DNA of 64,000 nucleotides from Eledone cirrhosa (taxonomy: Eukaryota): assembly GCA_964016885.1 (NCBI GenBank), contig OZ024741.1, positions 246,574,001 through 246,638,000 on the forward strand, in the 5' to 3' direction. Made by a program: the position numbers and the translations under genes. The notes below the pieces were generated by a model. That model did no database searches, had not been told where the DNA came from, and saw only the letters and a list, made by a program, of their open reading frames with translations. Each line of letters begins with the position of its first letter. Position 1 is the stretch's first letter. This document shows positions 26,001-38,000 of the stretch, one piece after another.

Positions 26001-26750
26001 TGGCTGGCTGGAAATTACCTCCCCTTGTAGGCTGGAATTTATCTCCCCTTGGACGGCTAGAAATTACCTCTCCTTGGACGGCTGGAAAATATGTCTCCTT
26101 GGACGGCTGGATATTATCTCCCCTTGGATGGCTGGAAATTATCTCCCCTTGGACGGCTGGAAATTATCTCCCCTTGATTTTTTTTACAAATTATCTCCCC
26201 CTGATTTTTTTTACAAATCTCCCAATGATTTTTTAAAAAAAATTATCTCCCCTTCGCTGGCTGGAAATTATCTCCCCTTGGACGCTGGAAATTATAGCCC
26301 CTTGGAGGGCTGGAAATTATCTTCCCTTGGACGGCTGGAAATTATCTCCCCTTGATTTTTTTTACAAATTATCTCCCCCTGATTTTTTTTTACAAATTAT
26401 CTCCCCCTGATTTTTTTTTACAAATTATCTCCCCCTGATTTTTTATTTACAAATTATCTCCGCCTGATTTTTTTTTAAAAATTACCTCCCCTTGGACGGC
26501 TGGAAATTATCTCCCCTTGGACGGCTGGAAATTATCTCCCCTTGGACGGCTAGAAATTATCTCTCCTTGGACGGCTGAAAATTATCTCCCCTTGGACGGC
26601 TGCAAATTATCTCCCCTTGATTTTTTTTACAAATTATCTCCCCCTGATTTTTTTTACAAATTATCTCCCCCTGATTTTTTTTACAAATTATCTACCCCTG
26701 ATTTTTTTTACAAATTATCTCCCCCTGATTTTTTTTTACAAATTATCTCC
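19370..26750. repeat. Second copy of the ~11.5-kb-offset duplication
   Basis: Same marker order as 7600-15150, with monomer-sized indels. Confidence 0.82.
20757..22500. repeat. ~625-bp higher-order repeat, about 3 copies
   Basis: M1 starts at ~20770, 21399 and 22023 (offsets 629 and 624). Confidence 0.88.
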
Positions 26751-26789
26751 CCCTGATTTTTTTTTACAAATTATCTCCCCCTGATTTTT

Positions 26790-27463
26790 TTTTTACAAAT
26801 TATCTCCCCCTGATTTTTTTACAAAGTATCTCCCTCTGATTTTTTTTACAATCTCCGCCTGATTTTTTTTAAAATTATCTTCCCTTGGCTGGCGGGAAAT
26901 TATCTCCACTTGGACGGCTGGAAATTATCTCCCCTTGGAAGGATGGAAATTATCTCCCCTTGGACGGCTGGAAATTATCTCCCCTTGCACGGCTGGAAAT
27001 TATCTCCCCTTGGACGGCTAGAAATTATCTCTCTTTGGACGGCTGGAAATTATCTCCCTTTGATTTTTTTTACAAATTATCTCCCTCTGATTTTTTTTAC
27101 AAATCTCCCCCTGATTTTTTTAAAAAAATTATCTCCCCTTCGCTGGCTGGAAATTATCTCCCCTTGATTTTTTTTACAAATTATCTCCCCCTGATTTTTT
27201 TTTACAAATTATCTCCCCCTGATTTTTTTTACAAAGTATCTCCCTCTGATTTTTTTTACAATCTCCGCCTGATTTTTTTTAAAATTATCTTCCCTTGGCT
27301 GGCGGGAAATTATCTCCACTTGGACGGCTGGAAATTATCTCCCCTTGGAAGGATGGAAATTATCTCCCCTTGGACGGCTGGAAATTATCTCCCCTTGCAC
27401 GGCTGGAAATTATCTCCCCTTGGACGGCTAGAAATTATCTCTCTTTGGACGGCTGGAAATTAT
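26790..27463. repeat. ~270-bp segment repeated at a 410-bp offset
   Basis: ACAAAGTATCTCCCTCTGA...ACAATCTCCGCC...CTCCACTTGG...GAAGGATGG...GCACGG starts at 26821 and 27231. Pseudo-ORFs start at 26885 and 27295. Confidence 0.85.
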
Positions 27464-30400
27464 CACCCCTTGAGTTTTTTACAAATTATCTCCCCCTGAT
27501 TTTTTTTACAAATCTCCCAGTGATTTTTAAAAAAAAATTATCTTCCCTTCGCTGGCTGGAAATTATCTCCCCTTGGACGCTGGAAATTATAGCCCCTTGG
27601 AGGGCTGGAAATTATCTTCCCTTGGACGGCTGGAAATTATCTCCCCTTGATTTTTTTTACAAATTATCTCCCCCTGATTTTTTTTTACAAATTATCTCCC
27701 CCTGATTTTTTTTTACAACTTATCTGCGCCTGATTTTTTTAAAAAAATTATCTCCCCTTGGACGGCTGGAAATTATCTCCCCTTGGACGGCTGGAAATTA
27801 TCTCTCCTTGGACGGCTAGAATTTACCTCTCCTTGGACGGCTGAAAATTATCTCCCCTTGGACGGCTGGAAATTATCTCCCCTTGATTTTTTTTACAAAT
27901 TATCTCCCCCTGATTTTTTTTTACAAATTATCTCCCCCTGATTTTTTTTTACAAATTATCTCCCCCTGATTTTTTTTACAAATTATCTCCCCCTGATTTT
28001 TTTTACAAATTATCTCCCCCTGATTTTTTTTACAAATTATCTCCCCTTGGCTGGCTGGAAATTATCTCCCCTTGGAGGCTGGAACTTATCTCCCCTTGGA
28101 CGGCTAGAAATTACCTCTCCTTGGACGGCTGGAAAATATGTCTCCTTGGACGGCTGGATATTATCTCACCTTGGACGGCTAGAAATTATCTCCCCTTGGA
28201 CGGCAGGAAATTATCTCCCCTTGGATGGCTAGATATTACCTCCCCTTGGACGGCTGGAAATTATCTCCCCTTGATTTTTTTTACAAATTATCTGCCCCTG
28301 ATTTTTTTTTACAAATTATCTCCCCCTGATTTTTTTTTACAAATTATCTCCCCCTGACTTTTGTTTACAAATTATCTCCGCCTGATTTTTTTTAAAAATT
28401 ATCTCCCCTTGGACGGCTGGAAATTATCTCCCCTTGGACGGCTAGAAATTACCTCTCCTTGGACGGCTGAAAATTATCTCCCCTTGGACGGCTGGAAATT
28501 ATCTCCCCTTCATTTTTTTACAAATTATCTCCCCCTGATTTTTTTTTACAAATTATCTCCCCCTGATCTTTTTTACAAATTATCTCCGCCTGATTTTTTT
28601 AAATATTATCTTCCCTTGGCTGGCGGGAAATTATCTCCCCTTGGACGGCTGGAAATTATCTGCCCTTGATTTTCTTTTTACAAATTATCTTCCACTGATT
28701 TTTTTTACAAATTATCTCCACCTGATTTTTTAAAAAATTATCTCCCCTTGGAAGGCTGGAAATTATCTCCCCTTGGACGGCTGGAAATTATCTCCCCTTG
28801 GACGGCTAGAAATTATCTCTCCTTGGACGGCTGAAAATTATCTCCCCTTGGACGGCTGCAAATTATCTCCCCTTGATTTTTTTTACAAATTATCTCCCCC
28901 TGATTTTTTTTACAAATTATCTCCCCCTGATTTTTTTTACAAATTATCTCCGCCGGATTTTTTTAAATATTATCTTCCCTTGGCTGGCGGGAAATTACCT
29001 CCCCTTGTAGGCTGGAATTTATCTCCCCTTGGACGGCTAGAAATTACCTCTCCTTGGACGGCTGGAAAATATGTCTCCTTGGACGGCTGGATATTATCTC
29101 CCCTTGGATGGCTGGAAATTATCTCCCCTTGGACGGCTGGAAATTATCTCCCCTTGATTTTTTTTACAAATTATCTCCCCCTGATTTTTTTTACAAATCT
29201 CCCAATGATTTTTAAAAAAAAATTATCTGCCCTTCGCTGGCTGGAAATTATCTCCCCTTGGACGCTGGAAATTATAGCCCCTTGGAGGGCTGGAAATTAT
29301 CTTCCCTTGGACGGCTGGAAATTATCTCCCCTTGATTTTTTTTACAAATTATCTCCCCCTGATTTTTTTTTACAAATTATCTCCCCCTGATTTTTTTTTA
29401 CAAATTATCTCCCCCTGATTTTTTATTTACAAATTATCTCCAACTGATTTTTTTTTAAAAATTACCTCCCCTTGGACGGCTGGAAATTATCTCCCCTTGG
29501 ACGGCTGGAAATTATCTCCCCTTGGACGGCTAGAAATTATCTCTCCTTGGACGGCTGAAAATTATCTCCCCTTGGACGGCTGCAAATTATCTCCCCTTGA
29601 TTTTTTTTACAAATTATCTCCCCCTGATTTTTTTTACAAATTATCTCCCCCTGATTTTTTTTACAAATTATCTACCCCTGATTTTTTTTACAAATTATCT
29701 CCCCCTGATTTTTTTTTACAAATTATCTCCCCCTGATTTTTTTTTTACAAATTATCTCCCCCTGATTTTTTTACAAAGTATCTCCCTCTGATTTTTTTTA
29801 CAATCTCCGCCTGATTTTTTTTAAAATTATCTTCCCTTGGCTGGCGGGAAATTATCTCCACTTGGACGGCTGGAAATTATCTCCCCTTGGAAGGATGGAA
29901 ATTATCTCCCCTTGGACGGCTGGAAATTATCTCCCCTTGCACGGCTGGAAATTATCTCCCCTTGGACGGCTAGAAATTATCTCTCTTTGGACGGCTGGAA
30001 ATTATCTCCCTTTGATTTTTTTTACAAATTATCTCCCTCTGATTTTTTTTACAAATCTCCCCCTGATTTTTTTAAAAAAATTATCTCCCCTTCGCTGGCT
30101 GGAAATTATCTCCCCTTGATTTTTTTTACAAATTATCTCCCCCTGATTTTTTTTTACAAATTATCTCCCCCTGATTTTTTTTACAAATTATCTCCCCCTG
30201 ATTTTTTTTTACAAATTATCTCCCCCTGATTTTTTTTACAAATTATCTCCGCCTGATTTTTTAAAATATTATCTTCCCTTGGCTGGCGGGAAATTATCTC
30301 CCCTTGGACGGCTGGAAATTATCTGCCCTTGATTTTCTTTTTACAAATTAACTTCCACTGATTTTTTTTACAAATTATCTCCACCTGATTTTTTTAAAAA

Positions 30401-33400
30401 TTATCTCCCCTTGGAAGGCTGGAAATTATCTCCCCTTGGCTGGAAATTATCTCCCCTTGGACGGCTAGAAATTATCTCTCTTTGGACGGCTGGAAATTAT
30501 CACCCCTTGAGTTTTTTACAAATTATCTCCCCCTGATTTTTTTTACAAATCTCCCAGTGATTTTTAAAAAAAAATTATCTTCCCTTCGCTGGCTGGAAAT
30601 TATCTCCCCTTGGACGCTGGAAATTATAGCCCCTTGGAGGGCTGGAAATTATCTTCCCTTGGACGGCTGGAAATTATCTCCCCTTGATTTTTTTTACAAA
30701 TTATCTCCCCCTGATTTTTTTTTACAAATTATCTCCCCCTGATTTTTTTTTACAACTTATCTGCGCCTGATTTTTTTAAAAAAATTATCTCCCGTTGGAC
30801 GGCTGGAAATTATCTCCCCTTGGACGGCTGGAAATTATCTCTCCTTGGACGGCTAGAATTTACCTCTCCTTGGACGGCTGAAAATTATCTCCCCTTGGAC
30901 GGCTGGAAATTATCTCCCCTTGATTTTTTTTTACAAATTATCTCCCCCTGATTTTTTTTTACAAATTATCTCCCCCTGATTTTTTTTTACAAATTATCTC
31001 CCCCTGATTTTTTTTACAAATTATCTCCCCCTGATTTTTTTTACAAATTATCTCCCCCTGATTTTTTTTACAAATTATCTCCCCTTGGCTGGCTGGAAAT
31101 TATCTCCCCTTGGAGGCTGGAACTTATCTCCCCTTGGACGGCTAGAAATTACCTCTCCTTGGACGGCTGGAAAATATGTCTCCTTGGACGGCTGGATATT
31201 ATCTCACCTTGGACGGCTAGAAATTATCTCCCCTTGGACGGCAGGAAATTATCTCCCCTTGGATGGCTAGATATTACCTCCCCTTGGACGGCTGGAAATT
31301 ATCTCCCCTTGATTTTTTTTACAAATTATCTGCCCCTGATTTTTTTTTACAAATTATCTCCCCCTGATTTTTTTTTACAAATTATCTCCCCCTGACTTTT
31401 GTTTACAAATTATCTCCGCCTGATTTTTTTTAAAAATTATCTCCCCTTGGACGGCTGGAAATTATCTCCCCTTGGACGGCTAGAAATTACCTCTCCTTGG
31501 ACGGCTGAAAATTATCTCCCCTTGGACGGCTGGAAATTATCTCCCCTTCATTTTTTTACAAATTATCTCCCCCTGATTTTTTTTTACAAATTATCTCCCC
31601 CTGATCTTTTTTACAAATTATCTCCGCCTGATTTTTTTAAATATTATCTTCCCTTGGCTGGCGGGAAATTATCTCCCCTTGGACGGCTGGAAATTATCTG
31701 CCCTTGATTTTCTTTTTACAAATTATCTTCCACTGATTTTTTTTACAAATTATCTCCACCTGATTTTTTAAAAAATTATCTCCCCTTGGAAGGCTGGAAA
31801 TTATCTCCCCTTGGACGGCTGGAAATTATCTCCCCTTGGACGGCTAGAAATTATCTCTCCTTGGACGGCTGAAAATTATCTCCCCTTGGACGGCTGCAAA
31901 TTATCTCCCCTTGATTTTTTTTACAAATTATCTCCCCCTGATTTTTTTTACAAATTATCTCCCCCTGATTTTTTTTACAAATTATCTCCGCCGGATTTTT
32001 TTAAATATTATCTTCCCTTGGCTGGCGGGAAATTACCTCCCCTTGTAGGCTGGAATTTATCTCCCCTTGGACGGCTAGAAATTACCTCTCCTTGGACGGC
32101 TGGAAAATATGTCTCCTTGGACGGCTGGATATTATCTCCCCTTGGATGGCTGGAAATTATCTCCCCTTGGACGGCTGGAAATTATCTCCCCTTGATTTTT
32201 TTTACAAATTATCTCCCCCTGATTTTTTTTACAAATCTCCCAATGATTTTTAAAAAAAAATTATCTGCCCTTCGCTGGCTGGAAATTATCTCCCCTTGGA
32301 CGCTGTAAATTATAGCCCCTTGGAGGGCTGGAAATTATCTTCCCTTGGACGGCTGGAAATTATCTCCCCTTGATTTTTTTTACAAATTATCTCCCCCTGA
32401 TTTTTTTTTACAAATTATCTCCCCCTGATTTTTTTTTACAAATTATCTCCCCCTGATTTTTTATTTACAAATTATCTCCAACTGATTTTTTTTTTAAAAT
32501 TACCTCCCCTTGGACGGCTGGAAATTATCTCCCCTTGGACGGCTGGAAATTATCTCCCCTTGGACGGCTAGAAATTATCTCTCCTTGGACGGCTGAAAAT
32601 TATCTCCCCTTGGACGGCTGCAAATTATCTCCCCTTGATTTTTTTTACAAATTATCTCCCCCTGATTTTTTTTACAAATTATCTCCCCCTGATTTTTTTT
32701 ACAAATTATCTACCCCTGATTTTTTTTACAAATTATCTCCCCCTGATTTTTTTTTACAAATTATCTCCCCCTGATTTTTTTTTTACAAATTATCTCCCCC
32801 TGATTTTTTTACAAAGTATCTCCCTCTGATTTTTTTTACAATCTCCGCCTGATTTTTTTTAAAATTATCTTCCCTTGGCTGGCGGGAAATTATCTCCACT
32901 TGGACGGCTGGAAATTATCTCCCCTTGGAAGGATGGAAATTATCTCCCCTTGGACGGCTGGAAATTATCTCCCCTTGCACGGCTGGAAATTATCTCCCCT
33001 TGGACGGCTAGAAATTATCTCTCTTTGGACGGCTGGAAATTATCTCCCTTTGATTTTTTTTACAAATTATCTCCCTCTGATTTTTTTTACAAATCTCCCC
33101 CTGATTTTTTTAAAAAAATTATCTCCCCTTCGCTGGCTGGAAATTATCTCCCCTTGATTTTTTTTACAAATTATCTCCCCCTGATTTTTTTTTACAAATT
33201 ATCTCCCCCTGATTTTTTTTACAAATTATCTCCCCCTGATTTTTTTTTACAAATTATCTCCCCCTGATTTTTTTTACAAATTATCTCCGCCTGATTTTTT
33301 AAAATATTATCTTCCCTTGGCTGGCGGGAAATTATCTCCCCTTGGACGGCTGGAAATTATCTGCCCTTGATTTTCTTTTTACAAATTAACTTCCACTGAT

Positions 33401-34925
33401 TTTTTTTACAAATTATCTCCACCTGATTTTTTTAAAAATTATCTCCCCTTGGAAGGCTGGAAATTATCTCCCCTTGGCTGGAAATTATCTCCCCTTGGAC
33501 GGCTAGAAATTATCTCTCTTTGGACGGCTGGAAATTATCACCCCTTGAGTTTTTTACAAATTATCTCCCCCTGATTTTTTTTACAAATCTCCCAGTGATT
33601 TTTAAAAAAAAATTATCTTCCCTTCGCTGGCTGGAAATTATCTCCCCTTGGACGCTGGAAATTATAGCCCCTTGGAGGGCTGGAAATTATCTTCCCTTGG
33701 ACGGCTGGAAATTATCTCCCCTTGATTTTTTTTACAAATTATCTCCCCCTGATTTTTTTTTACAAATTATCTCCCCCTGATTTTTTTTTACAACTTATCT
33801 GCGCCTGATTTTTTTAAAAAAATTATCTCCCCTTGGACGGCTGGAAATTATCTCCCCTTGGACGGCTGGAAATTATCTCTCCTTGGACGGCTAGAATTTA
33901 CCTCTCCTTGGACGGCTGAAAATTATCTCCCCTTGGACGGCTGGAAATTATCTCCCCTTGATTTTTTTTACAAATTATCTCCCCCTGATTTTTTTTTACA
34001 AATTATCTCCCCCTGATTTTTTTTTACAAATTATCTCCCCCTGATTTTTTTTTACAAATTATCTCCCCCTGATTTTTTTTACAAATTATCTCCCCCTGAT
34101 TTTTTTACAAATTATCTCCCCTTGGCTGGCTGGAAATTATCTCCCCTTGGAGGCTGGAACTTATCTCCCCTTGGACGGCTAGAAATTACCTCTCCTTGGA
34201 CGGCTGGAAATATGTCTCCTTGGACGGCTGGATATTATCTCACCTTGGACGGCTAGAAATTATCTCCCCTTGGACGGCAGGAAATTATCTCCCCTTGGAT
34301 GGCTAGATATTACCTCCCCTTGGACGGCTGGAAATTATCTCCCCGTGATTTTTTTTACAAATTATCTGCCCCTGATTTTTTTTTACAAATTATCTCCCCC
34401 TGATTTTTTTTTACAAATTATCTCCCCCTGATTTTTGTTTACAAATTATCTCCGCCTGATTTTTTTTTAAAAATTATCTCCCCTTGGACGGCTGGAAATT
34501 ATCTCCCCTTGGACGGCTAGAAATTACCTCTCCTTGGACGGCTGAAAATTATCTCCCCTTGGACGGCTGGAAATTATCTCCCCTTCATTTTTTTACAAAT
34601 TATCTCCCCCTGATTTTTTTTTACAAATTATCTCCCCCTGATCTTTTTTACAAATTATCTCCGCCTGATTTTTTTAAATATTATCTTCCCTTGGCTGGCG
34701 GGAAATTATCTCCCCTTGGACGGCTGGAAATTATCTGCCCTTGATTTTCTTTTTACAAATTATCTTCCACTGATTTTTTTTACAAATTATCTCCACCTGA
34801 TTTTTTAAAAAATTATCTCCCCTTGGAAGGCTGGAAATTATCTCCCCTTGGACGGCTGGAAATTATCTCCCCTTGGACGGCTAGAAATTATCTCTCCTTG
34901 GACGGCTGAAAATTATCTCCCCTTG
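27401..34925. repeat. 3,038-bp higher-order repeat, about 2.5 tandem copies
   Basis: ORF-track pairs 28047/31085, 28361/31399, 28773/31811, 29497/32535, 29837/32875 and 30482/33520 all differ by 3038. The CCCTTCATT marker lies at ~28507, ~31545 and ~34582. Confidence 0.95.
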
Positions 34926-35007
34926 ATTTTTTTTACAAATAATCTCCCCCTGATTTTTTTTTACAAATTATCTCCCCCTGATTTTTTTTTACAAATTATC
35001 TACCCCT

Positions 35008-38000
35008 GATTTTTTTTTACAAATTATCTCCGCCTTATTTTTTTAAAAAATTATCTCTCCTTGGACGGCTGGAAATTATCTCCCCTTGATTTTTTTTACA
35101 AATAATCTCCCCCTGATTTTTTTTTACAAATTATCTCCCCCTGATTTTTTTTTACAAATTATCTACCCCTGATTTTTTTTTACAAATTATCTCCCCCTGA
35201 TTTTTTTTACGAATTATCTCCCCCTGATTTTTCTTTTACAAATTATCTCCCCCTGATTTTTTTTACAAATTATCTCCGCCTGATTTTTTAAAATATTATC
35301 TTCCCTTGGCTGGCGGGAAATTATCTCCCCTTGGACGGCTGGAAATTATCTGCCCTTGATTTTCTTTTTACAAATTATCTTCCACTGATTTTTTTTACAA
35401 ATTATCTCCACCTGATTTTTTAAAAAATTATCTCCCCTTGGAAGGCTGGAAATTATCTCCCCTTGGCTGGAAATTATCTCCCCTTGGACGGCTAGAAATT
35501 ATCTCTCTTTGTACGGCTGGAAATTATCACCCCTTGAGTTTTTTACAAATTATCTCCCCCTGATATTTTTTACAAATCTCCCAGTGTTTTTTAAAAAAAA
35601 TTATCTCCCCTTCGCTGGCTGGAAATTATCTCCCCTTGGACGCTGGAAATTATAGCCCCTTGGAGGGCTGGAAATTATCTTCCCTTGGACGGCTGGAAAT
35701 TATCTCCCCTTGATTTTTTTTACAAATTATCTCCCCCTGATTTTTTTTTACAAATTATCTCCCCCTGATTTTTTTTTACAACTTATCTGCGCCTGATTTT
35801 TTTAAAAAAATTATCTTCCCTTGGACGGCTGGAAATTATCTCCCCTTGGACGGCTGGAAATTATCTCTCCTTGGACGGCTAGAATTTACCTCTCCTTGGA
35901 CGGCTGAAAATTATCTCCCCTTGGACGGCTGGAAATTATCTCCCCTTGATTTTTTTTACAAATTATCTCCCCCTGATTTTTTTTTACAAATTATCTCCCC
36001 CTGATTTTTTTTTACAAATTATCTCCCCCTGATTTTTTTTTACAAATTATCTCCCCCTGATTTTTTTTACAAATTATCTCCCCCTGATTTTTTTACAAAT
36101 TATCTCCCCTTGGCTGGCTGGAAATTATCTCCCCTTGGAGGCTGGAACTTATGTCCCCTTGGACGGCTAGAAATTACCTCTCCTTGGACGGCTGGAAAAT
36201 ATGTCTCCTTGGACGGCTGGATATTATCTCCCCTTGGACGGCTGGAAATTATCTCCCCTTGGACGGCTGGAAATTATCTCCCCTTGGATGGCTAGATATT
36301 ACCTCCCCTTGGACGGCTGGAAATTATCACCCCTTGATTTTTTTTACAAATTATCTCCCCCTGATTTTTTTTTACAAATTATCTCCCCCTGATTTTTTTT
36401 TACAAATTATCTTCCCCTGATTTTTGTTTACAAATTATCTTCGCCTGGTTTTTTTTTAAAATTATCTCCCCTTGGACGGCTGGAAATTATCTCCCCTTGG
36501 ACGGCTAGAAATTACCTCTCCTTGGACGGCTGAAAATTATCTCCCCTTGGACGGCTGGAAATTATCTCCCCTTGATTTTTTTACAAATTATCTCCCCCTG
36601 ATTTTTTTTTTACAAATTATCTCCCCCTGATTTTTTTTTTACAAATTATCTCCCCCTGATTTTTTTTTACAAATTATCTACCCCTGATTTTTTTTACAAA
36701 TTATCTCCCCCTGATTTTTTTTACAAATTATCTCCCCCTGATTTTTTTTTACAAATTATCTCCCCCTGATTTTTTTACAAATTATCTCCCCCTGATTTTT
36801 TTTACAAATTATCTCCGCCTGATTTTTTTAAATATTATCTTCCCTTGGCTGGCGGGAAATTATCTCCCCTTGGACGGCTGAAAATTATCTCCCCTTGGAC
36901 GGCTGGAAATTATCTCCCCTTGATTTTTTTTACAAATTATCTCCCCCTGATTTTTTTTTACAAATTATCTCCCCCTGATTTTTTTACAAATTATCTCCCC
37001 CTGATTTTTTTTTACAAATTATCTCCCCCTGATTTTTTTTTACAAATTATCTCCCTCTGATTTTTTTACAAATTATCTCCCCTTGGCTGGCTGGAAATTA
37101 TCTCCCCTTGGACGGCTAGAAATTACCTCTCCTTGGACGGCTGGAAAATATGTCTCCTTGGACGGCTGGATATTATCTCCCCTTGGACGGCTGGAAATTA
37201 TCTCCCCTTGGACGGATAGATATTACCTCCCCTTGGACGGCTGGAAATTATCTCCCCCTGATTTTTTTTACAAATCTCCCAATGATTTTAAAAAAAAAAT
37301 TATCTCCCCTTCGCTGGCTGGAAATTATCTCCCCTTGGACGCTGGAAATTATAGCCCCTTGGAGGGCTGGAAATTATCTTCCCTTGGACGGCTGGAAATT
37401 ATCTCCCATTGATTTTTTTTACAAATTATCTCCCCCTGATTTTTTTTACAAATTATCTCCCCCTGATTTTTTTTACAAATTATCTACCCCTGATTTTTTT
37501 TACAAATTATCTCCCCCTGATTTTTTTTTACAAATTATCTCCCCCTGATTTTTTTTTACAAATTATGTCCCCCTGATTTTTTTACAAATTATCTCCCCCT
37601 GATTTTTTTTACAATCTCCGCCTGATTTTTTTAAAAATTATCTTCCGTTGGCTGGCTGGAAATTATCTCCCCTTGGACACTGGAAATTATAGCCCCTTGG
37701 AGGGCTGGAAATTATCTTCCCTTGGACGGCTGGAAATTATCTCCCCTTGATTTTTTTTACAAATTATCTCCGCCTGATTTTTTTTTACAAATTATCTCCC
37801 CCTGATTTTTCTATTACAAATTATCTCCCCCTGATTTTTTTACAAATTATCTCCCCCTGATTTTTTTTACAAATTATCTCCGCCTGATTTTTTTAAATAT
37901 TACCTTCCCTTGGCTGGCGGGAAATTATCTCCCCTTGGACGGCTGGAAATTATCTGCCCTTGATTTTCTTTTTACAAATTATCTTCCACTGATTTTTTTT

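Larger units (their letters stand above)
4165..34925. repeat. Copy 1 of the large (~30.8 kb) tandem duplication
   Basis: Rare variants recur in order in copy 2: CGCCTTATTT 4188/35031, TACGAATT ~4365/35208, CTTATGTCC G5310/G36153 (offset 30843), TACAGATT G16247/G44162 (27915), GGAAGTCTGG 23241/51289 (28048), CCCCGTGA ~34341/62362 (28021). Confidence 0.95.

Noticed and set aside
26885-29390. Longest ORFs (204-205 aa at 26885 and 28773) as repeat or LRR-like proteins
   Set aside because: They are chance in-frame runs. The paralogue at 31811 is cut by a point stop (GCTGTAA) and other homologous segments are frameshifted, so the frame is not conserved.
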